A stretch of 64,000 bases of DNA, from the NCBI GenBank assembly GCA_051942205.1, contig JAVECO010000001.1, positions 62,001 through 126,000 on the forward strand. The letters are read 5' to 3'. The stretch comes from Coniocarpon cinnabarinum (Eukaryota). The translations under genes were made by a program, and so were the position numbers. How positions within the stretch are numbered: the first letter of the stretch is position 1; each line of letters starts with the position of its first letter. Below are positions 24,255 through 36,376 of the stretch, one piece after another. The notes beneath the pieces were generated by a model. The model saw only the letters and a program-made list of their open reading frames with translations, did no database searches and was not told the DNA's origin.

Positions 24255-25992
24255 ATGGCTCCCACGGTTGAGGCTGTAGAAGACACAAAGGGCGTTGTTG
24301 TTCCTGATCCGCTTACTGTTGATACGGTGCAGGCTTTGCGGACAAAGCAGGGTAAACTTACTGCAGGTACAGCAGCAAAGGCTGATGTAGAATTGTTCAA
24401 GGGTGTTGGGCGACACTCCAGCAAGCCCAAATCTACTAAACAATGGGATCGTGCGTGTTTAGCAATGAGCCCAACAGACCAGCATGGTTAGACTGACAGC
24501 ATGAAAAGACATACTATCTAACGAAACTACTACGCGCAAACCTTCCACAATCAAAGGCGCGGCAAAGCACCTGTCCAAGCCCGGAATCATCTCGCTAGGC
24601 GGAGGCCTCCCCTCGGCAGAGTACTTTCCCTTTGACGAATACAGCTTCAAAGTGCCCAAGCTGGGTCACTTCTCAGAACACGAGACACGACAGGACGGCG
24701 CAACGATCACGGCGGGCAAGTATGACCTGCTGCATGAGAAGAGCCTTTATGATGTCGCCGTCGCTTTTAACTACGGTCAAGGTCACGGTGCGGCGCAGCT
24801 GCTGCGATGGGTGATTGAGCACACTGAGATTGTGCACTCGCCGAGGTATTCCGACTGGCAATGCACCATGACCATCGGAACCACCAGTGCACTGGACATG
24901 CTCTTCCGCATGATGGGCAAGCCTGGCACGTATTTCCTTAGCGAGGAGTACACGTTTGCGACCGTCGTGGAAACCGCAGCACCGTATGGTATCAAATGTC
25001 AGGGCGTACCAGTCGACGGCCAAGGTCTGTTACCAGACGCCCTGGACCAGATTCTAACGCAATGGGACCCCTTGACTCACGACGGCGCTCCAAAGCCGTA
25101 CATCCTCTACACCGTCCCCTCCGGCCAAAACCCAACTGGCGCCACGCAAGGCGCCGACCGCCGCAAGGCTCTCTACGCCGTGGCGCAAAAGCACGACCTT
25201 GTCGTCATCGAGGATGAGCCCTACTTCTTCCTCCAAATGCAACCGTATGTCGGTCAGGGCCATGAACCGCCTCCACCGCCTAAGACGCATCAAGACTTCC
25301 TCTCAGCCCTCGTGCCTTCCTACCTCTCCATGGACACTGACGGCCGCGTCATCCGCGTTGACTCCTTCTCTAAAGTCATTGCTCCTGGTTCGCGCGTGGG
25401 CTGGATCACTGCTCCCGAGAGAATCGTGAAGCTGTATTCGCAGCACGCGGACGTCTCGACGCAGGGACCGAGCGGCTTCTCGCAATTGGGCCTCTTCAAG
25501 TTGCTAGATGAGCACTGGGGCCACGGCGGATACCTCGACTGGCTCGTCTTCATCCGCATGGAATACACCCGCCGCCGCGACGTGATCGTTGGCGCCGCCG
25601 AGAAGTACCTCCCCTCCAACATCGTCAGCTGGGTGCCCCCCATGGCGGGTATGTTCTTCTGGGTGAAGGTGGACTGGCTCAAGCATCCACAAGCGGACCA
25701 GGTACCAATGCGGGAGCTCGAAGACCAGATCTGGCTCAAGACTATTGATAATGGCGCGCTGGTGCTGAAGGGGAGTTGGTTCCGTGCGGATCAGGGACGC
25801 GGTGGTGGTGGGCGGGATGAGGGCATGTTCTTCCGGATGACGTTTGCAGCGGCGAAGGAGGCGGATATGGAGGAGGCGGTGAGGCGGTTTGGGGAGTCGC
25901 TTAGGGATGAGTTTGGGTTGAAGGCGATGAATGGGGTCAATGGGCATGCTAATGGGTATGCGAATGGGCCGGCTGCTGGTGAGGCCAAGTGA
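24255..25992 (+). CDS. ARO8: Aromatic amino acid / 2-aminoadipate aminotransferase (PLP, class I); 2 exons
   Basis: Exon 1 24255-24450, intron 24451-24508, exon 2 24509-25992. Motifs IISLGGGLP, FNYGQGHG, YTVPSGQNPTG, IEDEPYFFLQ and the PLP-lysine motif DSFSKVIAPGSRVGW. Confidence 0.9.
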
Positions 25993-26168
25993 AAGCGTTT
26001 TCGCGATTGGGAAGTGATCATGCCATTCGTCATTGTAGTCATCATACATACACAGCAGTCAAATCCTACATTCACCTAGCTTCCGGCGCCTTTCAATCAA
26101 CTAACAGCCGCTAGTTCCATCTAGTCCTCATATTTCGAAGCCGTTTCACATCCCTTTCCACCTCCCTC

Positions 26169-26209
26169 CCACTCCTCCTCTGCCACTCCTCCTCTGCCAC
26201 TCCTCCTCT
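26169..26209. repeat. 14-bp tandem repeat (CCACTCCTCCTCTG) x3 between the convergent ARO8 and TMEM14 3' ends
   Basis: Read directly from the sequence. Confidence 0.85.
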
Positions 26210-26244
26210 ACCCCCGTCATGATTCACGTAGATTCAAGAACGAA

Positions 26245-26974
26245 TCACGCCCGTCCCCGCTGCACCGCCAACCCAAACTGATACAGTCCAAACGCCGCAA
26301 GAACACTGAGGCCAATCGGCAAGGGCTTCTGCGTCCGGAGCGCGCGGGGGAAACTACTCCCGGCTAGGACCACGCTCGCTAAAAGGGCGATCTCGGAGCC
26401 GTAGGGTTGTCTTTGGCGGAGGCGGTAGCCGCCAAGGCCATACTGAGATTCGTCAGCGAGGTTCGGAATGCTCTGATGACTGCAGTCTTGCGGTGTGGGT
26501 TTTGTGTGTGTGGTCTGCGTCTAGTATAGGTATTTCCGATTTGTGTCTTTCTAATGTGCGTCTCTGGTCTTTGTTCGCGGTTTGCATTGCCGGCCTTTCG
26601 GCATCTTCCTGTTGCTCTCTTTCCCACGGAATGCATGTTTTGCACGCTTCATTTTCGCTGTAGGCTCCTTGTTCGCCTCTCATTGCAATCATGGTCGTGC
26701 CGGGAATGTGGTGATTCGATTTGCTTGGATGTGTGAAGTGATTTGGACATACCAATGCGCCGACTGTGACGCCCGCTGCGACCGAGGGCACTGAGCCCGT
26801 TCGGACATATCCCGTGATACCACCGCCGGCTGTCAAGGCGCCCATGACGAGCGCGATGACATCGAGAGACTGGTTGGTCGCGTCAACGGGAGGCTTGGAA
26901 TGTGTCAATGAGTGCTTGAGGCTCGGAGCTTGGAGCTGTGGATCTGTGGAGGGGAGGTTGAGGATGCTTACCAT
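26245..26974 (-). CDS. TMEM14 family small membrane protein; 3 exons, first exon is the ATG alone
   Basis: ATG 26974-26972, intron to 26870 (or 26894), exon 2 ends at 26753, intron 26752-26443, exon 3 26442-26245. Protein: ...LDVIALVMGALTAGGGITGYVRTGSVPSVAAGVTVGALYGLGGYRLRQRQPYGSEIALLASVVLAGSSFPRALRTQKPLPIGLSVLAAFGLYQFG... Confidence 0.85.
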
Positions 26975-27655
26975 CTTGCGGAAGGTGTGTTTCTGTTAAG
27001 TGTGAGGATCTTCAAAGCTTCCGGTCCCAGTCGCTTGGTGTTAGGAGATTTGGAGGTCGGTGTTGCTGTCGGGTGTTGAACAGCGTATAGGAGCTTTATG
27101 TGGTCCGTGCACGGGAGTTATCCTGCAGTGGCTGCTTTACTTTACGTACTTTGCGTATCATTACAGACACCAAGGCCTGCACTTCGCGTGACGGAGGTCT
27201 TGGATAATCATGGCGCGCTGATCTACCCCGAAGGCAGTCTGATGGGAGGAGAAGAGTGTGGAACACTGGCTGAAACAGTGGAAGGGCTGAAGGGCGTAAG
27301 GGCCTTCGAGCAGCTCACGGCATAGTGAGTGCTTTAGGCTTTCGTAGCGAAAACATCTCAATCACAAGGGGATGGCTTATTTTGACGCAATCACGTTGCT
27401 CGGACTCAGGACAGCGATAGGCCATGAGGTGGGTTCTTTCTTGTAAGAATCTTACGGCCTTAAACATGACATTTGGTGAAACAATGCTTGAATACTTCTT
27501 GCGCAACAAAAGACAGTAAAGATGTCCTTCGTTTCATTAGAGCCACTGCGTGAATAATAGACTGTAGGAACAGCAGAGCCACCATGCAATCACAAGTATG
27601 CCGAGAAATGATGGGAAGAGATGGCGCGAGATGACTTGTTCGCAGCACCACCACC

Positions 27656-30600
27656 CTACATAGGCTGCTCGGGCGCAAAATCCATCATCATCCCATCAAA
27701 CCCGCCAAGAATTCCATTATCAAGGAGCGTCTCATCAAAAGCAACGCCGAAACCTTGCTCCACGGGCTCTTCGAGTGGGAACAGGGCATTTCTGGCCTCT
27801 GCCACAAAGGTGGGATCCCCGGGGTCCAGATCATGAGGATCTGCCATCGACTCCATTAGCGGGTCCCACGGTAAGTGCGCTCGAAGCAGCTCGACAACAG
27901 CAAGGTGGCCATTTTCGTCAGCGAGTGGAATCGCCAAGCCGTTTCGCAGGCCACGTGGCCCTTCAATGTCTGCGCCGACGTTCAGAAGCAGCTGCACAGT
28001 GTCAATCCGACCATGCTCTGCTGCGCCCTCCAGAGCTGTCCGGCCGTTTATTTGTGCAGGCTCTGCATTGACCTCAGCACCACGCTCCAGCAACAGCCAG
28101 ATGATACCGAGGAAACCTGTGGTGGATGCAAATTGCAGCGGTGTCGATCCGCTTTCTCGACGAGCCTTTTCATTGACATGTGCCCCGTGATTCAGAAGTT
28201 GCTCAGCCATGTCGTAATCGCCGATCTCGATTGCCTGTTGGAGAGGCGTATGATCCCAAAAGCCTTGAGCTGGCAGATTCACATCTGCACCGTTGGCGAC
28301 TAACATGTTGACTATACTTGGGCTCCTAACTTGGATAGCTGCTTTGAGAGCGTCGCAATAATGATCTTGGTTGCATGTATGTTGAGCACCATGCTCCAGT
28401 AAGATGCCAACAGCCATCAGTGAATTGCTTTTGATGGCCACTCCAAGTGGTGTGCGTCCTCCAAGGGCCTGTATGTGGGATACAAGCTTATCGCCATCCT
28501 TCAAGCGGTGCTCCAATGCACATGGCATGTAGGAACCGTTCCCATCCATCTTTGAAGCCAGCAGCCGTCGCAACAAAGGACCGTTTTCATCTACGATGGC
28601 TTTGTACATTGCAAGACATCCAAAATTTTGTTTTCCTTGCGGGTAATGTTGTAAATAGAAGGAGAGCACCATTCGGAATGACTCTTCCCCTGCTAACATC
28701 GCCCGCAGTAGTGTAATGTCGCATACTGCAATGGTGTCCAAATCGACAAGACGGCGAGAAAGGCTGATTTGGCCATGCTTGCAAGCATGATCCAGCAGAC
28801 TACAGCCATCAAAGCCGTCGGCGTAGTCATCCCACGGATAGTAATAGATTCTCGGGTTGTGAAGGGTAGAGAGAAAGTTCAGCACCGAATTTGCCAAATG
28901 CCACTGCTGTTCGCTTAATGCGAACCCGCAGACACGATGCATGAGGATGGCAGGTGAAGACATTTTTTTGAAGATAGAACATCCGACCAGCTCAAATACA
29001 GCCCTGAGTAATGGCACTTTCCAGCGAAACGTTTCCTCCAAGTCCATGGTGTTCAACATTGCACGTACCAGGTTGTAGTGACGTCCTTCAACGGCAAGTT
29101 TCAGAGCCTCATCTGTGGGCGTAGCACCAGCGTCCAGTAAATAATGGCAAATTTGGTTTTGGCCTTCGTTGATCGAGAAGGCTAGTGCCTTGGACAACAC
29201 TTGATGTGCCACGCCAAATGAGTCAGAATTCGTCCTTGTTTTGCGGCCATAATCTCCCTTAATCCTCGTCTTGCCTGCCGAGACGCCATTTTGAAGCAGC
29301 CACTTGGTAAAAGTGAGATTGCCAACTTCTATCGCAGCCAAGAGAGATGCCTCAAATCTGGAGCGCTCTGTAATATTTTCCAGAGCCCCGTGCCCAATAC
29401 AAAAATCTGCGCAATTTCTGTTTCTAGCTCTGATGGCCTCACTGAAGAGTGTCATTGGGCGATCGTATGAGAGGCTGAGATCCGACATTTTCAACTGTGT
29501 AAAACCCACGCCATCGATGGGTGCACCTGCTTCGATTAGTAAGTGCGCCATCTCGGCACATTCATTTCGAAAGGCTAGCGCAAGAAATGCTCCATTTCGG
29601 ACGTTGGCTCGTGGAAGCAAAATTCTCACGATCTCAACGTTACTATTCTCCAGTGCAAGCTCCATCGCTCTGTCACTTACAGGAGCATGATGTGAGCAGA
29701 GGCATCTGACCATGTCCGCGCATCCATTCCCGACAGCATTTTCTATCAGATTCTTTTTATTCAGAACGCAACCCTGCTGCCAGAATTTTTGTACTGCTCT
29801 AACACTGTGTCTTTTGACTGCCATGTCTACTGGAGATAGATTTTGTAGTCGAGATAGATTTTGTAGTGGATAGAACTCAATCGGAGCCAAAAGATCTATG
29901 ATCTCCAGGAAATCATCTTCAGGGAAATATTGAATCGCTTCTGCAAGAAAGTCTGGTTTGCTTGTCCAGCGATAGTTCCATCCCGTGGACGCTCTAACGA
30001 GAGAAACCGCAAGCTGAACTTCATGTATCTTAGCCACGTGAAGCGTGAAATACTCCGGGCACCGAGCACCAGCTTCAAGAAGCAGTGAAGCCATATCCAT
30101 GCTCGACGGTCGCTCTTGTGATATACCCTGAATCATAGATGTGAGAGCGCCTCCGTCCGGGATTCCTGCGTCGGAGCAAGTTCTGTGGACATTGGCACCG
30201 TTCTGCAAAAGCACTTTGACATTAGAAGTATGCTGCAAATAGGCAGACAACTCGAGAGGGGTGCAGGCATGACCGTTATGCTCACAATGAAGCTTGTTCA
30301 CATCGATGCCTGCGCTTCTGACTTCAATCAGCTTTTTCAAGACTTGAGCTTCGCCAGTCCGCACAGCACACTTGAACAGGCTCTGTGCCAGCGCCTGCCG
30401 GGTCGCCTCTCTCTCGGTGTTGAGGAGATGCTCCACGTAGGAGCTTGACAACCCTTTGAGGAGCTGAAGACATGTTTTCTCTACATTCTGACCACGTGAC
30501 TGAATATTGTTCATGACTGCAAAGAATAACACTTTACATTTGGTATCAACAGACAGGGTGGCAGAAGTGGCGGAAGCTTCAGAGACCACAATCTTGCTAG

Positions 30601-31410
30601 CAACTGACGGCGGTAACAAAGCTTTCAGGTACGATGATGCTTGTCGTCTTGATATTACCTGTGAGCCTGCGGACGGTCGAGCCAAAATGCTTTCAAAATT
30701 TAGCTCCGAATCTGACGAAGCCATTTCATTGATTGCGTAATAGTTATTAGTCGTCGTGTTCAATTCCTCTGCGGCACATTAGCATCGAATAAGAGAAAAC
30801 CTCAGTAGTGGATTTCTTACGAGGGGCAAACAGCGACACCTCTAAACTTAAGAAAGGTAGGTTATTTGTGCATCCTTGCAAGTAGTCCGAGGCGTTTGGC
30901 GTATTTAGGTTGAATCCATATGGAGTGCATGGGCTCGAAGCTACCCGTAAGTCAGCTCTGGATAGGTCCTATGCTTGAGTCTTAGGGCTGACCATGAGGC
31001 GATTGTGTCAGTAAAGAGGAAGCGCCATACCTGGCAACCTCTCTTCTGACTTTCGGCGAGCTCATGCGTTTGCCATTGAGGAAAATTTCACTTTGTTTGC
31101 CTTCTCGCCTGCGCGCAGCAACTTTCGATGCAATGACTTTCCAATCATCGGCGACCCTGTTCTTCCGGAGTCCCAGCTTCTTGAAGTGGGTTTCATATTG
31201 AGCTTTCCTGGCAGCAAGTCAGTAATGAATGATACAGAAGTTTAGTTGGGCATAACCAGACGTTGCACTGAAGCCGCAGAGATCCTTCATAGTCTCAATG
31301 ACTCCATCAGGGCCCTGCAAAGGTTTATTGTCGTCTAGATACAGAGCCCTGATCTTGTCTGCATGGAGGTGCCATTGGCTTTGAGGTATCCTACTCCTTT
31401 CTTGCGACAT
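27656..31410 (-). CDS. Clr5-domain plus multi-ankyrin-repeat protein (about 1200 aa); 4 exons
   Basis: Exons 31410-31262, 31207-30993, 30940-30821 and 30768-27656 join in frame. The N-terminus WHLHADKIRALYL..NKPL...IETMKDLCGFSATKAQYETHFKKLGLRKN is Clr5-like. Many ANK repeats follow (TPLELSA, RTPLGVAI, HTPLQQAIE, STPLQFASTTG, GRTALEGAAEHGRID). Confidence 0.85.
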
Positions 31411-32156
31411 CACACTAAAGCAGGTGGGTGCACGAACAATGAGATGCACCGAGGGACACAATGCGCGAGAGGTGTTGAAAAGACATGCAGGCGTTTCATA
31501 AGGTAAGAAGAAGCAAGGGTACAGCCATCTTAAATGCTATCACTGACGACAGGCCATTTTCCGCTCATCATCCACAATCCGATTTCGTGAGCGAGGCGAG
31601 CTCGCATGGCCACCTCGATTGTGCCAAAATCTTACCAAAATGCAGCATGTGGGCCAGCCATGCGGCCCAGAAGTTGCCTGGAGAGACCACAGCCCCTGCA
31701 TACCGGCTGCACCAGAATCTGGGACGGTATTCCCCTGGTATCGGATTGTGGACGGAAGCCTCTCAGTGGACCTTGCAGACATTGACTAACGCCAAACAGA
31801 ACGTTGGATTGGGTCCACATGGAAGCGGACACTCTCAAGCCACATTGAGCCCTATATTGCCCAGACTAGGGATCTCAAAAGTTGGTCCTCATCTGAGTGG
31901 TACTTCCAGCTACAGGAGCAGGCAGCGCGGCAAAATCTGGCCCAGTCGGAAAATAATTGTTCCGATCTTGCTCGAACCCTGTGCAGGGTACGGTATGAAG
32001 AATCGTGGCGCAAATACTGCAGCGCAAATATTACTTATATGCTTCTCCTCGAGCTGGCAAATGTTTTTTACGGGATAATTCTCTGTATATCTTGTGACTT
32101 GTGCGATGCAATTCTGCTCTTATATGCGAGCCCGTGGTGAGTTACAAGGCCAATTT

Positions 32157-32275
32157 CAGTCTAGGTGGCAAACCTGTGCGATAAGCGAGATTCGGGTCAA
32201 AAAGCTTCGGATTGCAGTCTAGGCGGCGAGCCAGTGCGACGAGCAAGATTCGGGTCAAAAAGCTATGGATGCAGT
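32157..32275. repeat. Imperfect 58-bp tandem duplication
   Basis: CAGTCTAGG...GTGCGA...AGATTCGGGTCAAAAAGCT starts at both 32157 and 32215. The copies differ mostly by transitions. Confidence 0.8.
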
Positions 32276-32559
32276 GGCAAAAGCCCTCTGTGCCTCAAAA
32301 GTTGCTGAATTAAAAGATTCTATGAGTTGCAAAATAAATCATTCTCAGGTAAGAGGTACATAAGCAAGAGCCCAGGATCTGCACAGTAACAAAGGTCTCC
32401 CGTCCTACCATCGGGTGTGGCGAAGAGGGAATAATACCTTCATTGTCGAGTTTTATTCAGCTGTCCCCGCAGGCTTGTGACATGCCTGAGAGACTCCGGC
32501 AGCATTACGGGCCTCTGCTTGATCCTGAAATCTTGCAGAGCCGTACCTAGGTATCAAGC

Positions 32560-33714
32560 GTGTTCTACATGAGATCCCTTCTGACAAGAACCATGCCGCT
32601 GGCTCCCGAGTTGTGCCCTGGCTGACGCGGCTCTTTCTCCTTGCAAGCTTTTGCCACGTAGGAATAATGTTTCACGAGCTTTGACGTATTCAAAGTCGGA
32701 ACCATGGTGATTATACATTTTAGGGACGAGACGATTTTCCCGCAGTTTGCGGCGTGCGCACTCCACGAAGGTGGACGTCGTCCCATCTGCATGTCTCGTG
32801 TTTTCTATTCGCTCATTTGCAGCTCGTCCGTAGCTCCAGCCTCACCAGTGCCATTTCAAAAAAGGACACACGGAAATCCAGCTCTTGTTTAATATTCGCG
32901 TCGCTTTCGTGTTGGAGCTTCATTGAAGCTCCAGACAACGCTCTATGCCCTAGTTCAGCACATTCAGCCCAAACCAGCCGACCTTGTGCGTAGTCGAGAA
33001 TACTTGGGACACAAACTCTGCAACCGCTTCACATTATGTAAAAGTTGTAGCAAGCGCAAGCATAGCCACAAATTACTAAGTTCAAGCCAGCCCTCTGTGT
33101 TGAATGGATCATGGCGGGCGGCCGTAGACAGGCTGACCGTGAACATATCGCCAGATGAAGCCATGGTCGAGACAAATCCAGGTACTCTTGCTGTCAGTGT
33201 TCTCGAAAGTACTTTCGAGTCGAGGCAGAACCTTCGGTGCGAACGAGCTCAAAAGCTGCACGACCCACCAAAGCGAATCGAAGATTCTCAAAAAATTATC
33301 AGGAGGAGAATACTTTCTTGGCGCCTATAGCTTTATTGTTAAGCTGCGATAGAGATATGGCGGAGTGAGGTGCAACCACCTCAGTCGATCTTCATTCATG
33401 GATCGAAAATGGAAAAACGCAGGGTGTAGTAGAGCAAATTGCGCGAGCTGATGGCTGACACCAATTTCAGTCGGCCAAGGGCGAAACGGAGGATGCCATG
33501 GGCCAGATGCAGTGGGATATCCCAATACTGAATATGCGTCTCCGGATATCTCAAACGTAACATCGAGACTTGCAAGAACCTCGTCCCGTATTGTTTTATT
33601 CACCAGGAGCATGGCCTTGCACTTCGATAACGAACCTCAGATTTGCTGGCGGATCTCGGGTGACAGACAAGCCAAGTTTCCAATCTTGTGCGCATTGCAC
33701 AAGCACGCTGACAT
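32560..33714 (-). pseudogene. Decayed F-box-like (L..L.PEIR..IW) orphan gene
   Basis: ATG 33714 gives MSACLCNAHKIGNLACLSPEIRQQI*(TGA 33639-33637)GSLSKCKAMLLVNKTIRDEV... There is a second in-frame TAG at 33327-33325, then stops and frameshifts. The 3' limit is approximate. Confidence 0.5.
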
Positions 33715-35593
33715 TCACGAATTTGCGCTTCTATGACGCCGTTGACGATTGTGTAAAGGAAGAGTTCAAGAGTTTGCGGAAAACAGCATTATCAGCAGAA
33801 ATTATTGAAAGAAGAGCATTCAGATAGCCAAACAATGCTCTGACAAGTGCTTGGCATGTAACATGGTCGCAACAACTCATCCTCCTCTTAGATATGTCAG
33901 TGACCATTGTTTCTGGTTTTCATGCTATTGACTCTGCATTCGATGTCAACTGTGCTAACAATGAAGAACAAAAAACTCGGTGCTACGGTGCAGGAAAGGG
34001 TATGGTTCAAAGTGAAGTCGCCTGCCAATTGAGACATTGAAGACGCGTCTCTGAGTGCATCTTACAAGAGGGAGATCTACTGTCATGACGCACAGCACAA
34101 TGATCACTTGATGGCTTCTTGCTAGCACCCAGATCCGAGCATCAAGGCGTCCGTGGGCTTTTTGGCAGATCTCTCGGGGGCGCTATTCGGCTGCGCACGG
34201 AGGCTGGTTCTACCCTTCCTTGCCAGACGTGATCGAGCCTTCTTTACACAAGCAAGATAGTCCGCTGCCATAGTGACAAAGTCATGCTTGAACCACATTT
34301 CACGTGCTGTGTTCATCTCTCCTCCTCGCCGCTACGTTGTCATGCCAGTCTTACCTAATCTCCGTTTGTTGTTTTTTCCACTTGACCCTCACTTCGTTTG
34401 ACGCTGAAAAGTTCGCGGAGGCTTTGATGCCCTCCCACCTTGCGACACTCTATAACAGCAGTTTTCAAAACCGAATACGTGTCGAAAGACAAGCCAAGGA
34501 ACCAGCCAAATCCAGACTCTATGACGGCCAGCAAGAACAATGGCGGTATTCTGGCTGAAGACTCCAACTTCGACACCAGCCATTCCCCGAACTCATATCG
34601 GTGAAAGGCAGATATTCCGAGGCGCTCGCCGGAAGTTCAGCAAAGAGTGAGGCACGCTGCGCACTATTTCGGACTACTGGATTATGCCCACACCAAAGCC
34701 ATCAGAGAAGTGTGAGGCGCACTAGAAACAGGCTTTGCGCGGCAGCAGTCCCTCCTTTGACTGCTAACTCTTGTAACGAAAGCTCTGAGGCTCCCGTGCG
34801 GTCTTCTTACCGGCCCTCCTACCTATCGCACACCCACAGTCAGTCCTTTTTTACCAGCAAGCTTTGTGCACACCATATTCAAGCACGCCACACGTATCTA
34901 TTCAGTCCGTCCCTTCCTTGGCACACCCTTGGTGCCGCGACTTCGCTCCCTCTCTTTAGTCACTTCATCATCACCGATTCACTGTTACTTTTCCTTCCCA
35001 TCGTCCAGCAATTGGCCCCGCCTTTCTATGGCGCTGGCAACGAGCTATTCATCGATAGAGAAACCAATGGGTCTATTGCCATCCCCTGTAGAACAGGTCC
35101 TGGCCTAGCAAGCTCTCAGACATCCTCATAGTTAGGTGTAGATCCATCAAAAGTGAGATAACCGCGGCTGTAGAGATGCGTGAAGCACGAGATTCAGAGC
35201 GTGGAGACACTGGGTGGTAGTAGGAAGAAACCATAGTTGGAGATCCGGATGTAGTTTACCAAAGGCTGTATACACCCAGTCAAGGTTTAGGGAGCCATCT
35301 TAGCCATACCCACAGCCTGTCAATATTTTTAGACTGCGCCGAATGGCTCATAAATGTTCATACTTCCCTCAAGTGTGGTGTATTTTTCGTGGTAATACGT
35401 GTTTGAAGGGACTCTTCGAACTTGCGCTACAGAATGACGCATTCACGTGACATCGAATCGAACACGGACTCAACCAAGGCAGGGTGCGCTTCATATGAAG
35501 GAACCATCGCGATTTCATAGGACCGCTGTTGCCCGGTCTATTGACGTACTTTCAAATTCGTTCATCATCCGAGCAATCACCAGAGGATCCCTG

Positions 35594-36200
35594 ATGGCTC
35601 GCAAGTCCGCCGTTTCTCCCTCGCCCATATCCCCTACCGCCGTATCCTCCTCCGCCAAGCCGTCTTCCGCGGCCTCTTCCCAGTCCGGCACCACCTCCAG
35701 CACCAAAGGCGGGACCGCACCACCTACGAAAAGCCCCGCCACTCCCGGCGTGAGGACAGGCCAGATCCGCAATCCGCAAGACGCGCAAGAGATAGTCTTG
35801 ACAATATGGAGAAAATACGTTGACGAGACGCCACAGCGGGTGAAGGGGTTGGATGCGTTTTTAGGGTTCTTAGCAATTGTTGGAGCAGTGCAGTTCCTGT
35901 ATTGTCTGATCGTGGGAAACTATGTAAGTGTTGCCTGCTCGGACTGTTTGGGGGTCTGAGGGCTGCCATGTGCAGTGAGAGATGTCTCGGAGCTTGCTAA
36001 CACGTGTACAGCCATTTAATGCTTTCCTTGCAGGCTTCAGCGCGACGGTTGGACAGTTCGTGCTTACGGCTTCCCTACGGATACAGACGAACCCAGCGAA
36101 TCGGTCAGACTTCAAGAGTGTGAGCGATGAGAGAGCTTTTGCGGATTTCGTTTTTGGCAGTTTAATACTGCACTTCTTCTGTGTCAACTTCATCAATTAA
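35594..36200 (+). CDS. OST2: Oligosaccharyltransferase subunit Ost2/DAD1; 2 exons
   Basis: Exon 1 35594-35923, intron 35924-36011, exon 2 36012-36200. Protein includes [59 protein letters not shown]...ERAFADFVFGSLILHFFCVNFIN*. Confidence 0.95.
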
Positions 36201-36376
36201 GGGCAATGTGCTCTGCGACTTCGATCAAAAAGACTGGCTTAGCCTGTGTATGATTATAAGAGAAGCAAGGGAACATCGACTGGCGACAGTTTTTCGACCC
36301 GTTGAGTAGCTTCCAGCACTTGGTCGCTGACTGCACATGGGTATCTCTAAGTACGAAGACAAACGTCTTGCACAGA

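Noticed and set aside
31485..32078. 197-aa ATG ORF divergent from the Clr5-ankyrin gene
   Set aside because: It starts only 75 bp from the neighbouring ATG, has no motifs and shows no evident codon bias. Probably a chance ORF in promoter DNA.
32484..32540. CTGAGA...CTTGATC resembling a TPP riboswitch core
   Set aside because: The rest of the consensus and the pairing stems are missing, and it is not in an intron of a thiamine-related gene.
19400..33714. UGA reassignment to Trp or Sec, suggested by in-frame TGAs in two genes
   Set aside because: Many conserved genes here (WrbA-like, SmG, CMC2, ARO8, homocitrate synthase) end at TGA, and the F-box-like gene has other lesions as well.
34100..35150. 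Possible second decayed minus-strand gene (charged, helical-looking fragments)
   Set aside because: Stops in all frames and no recognisable motif. It cannot be supported without a homology search.
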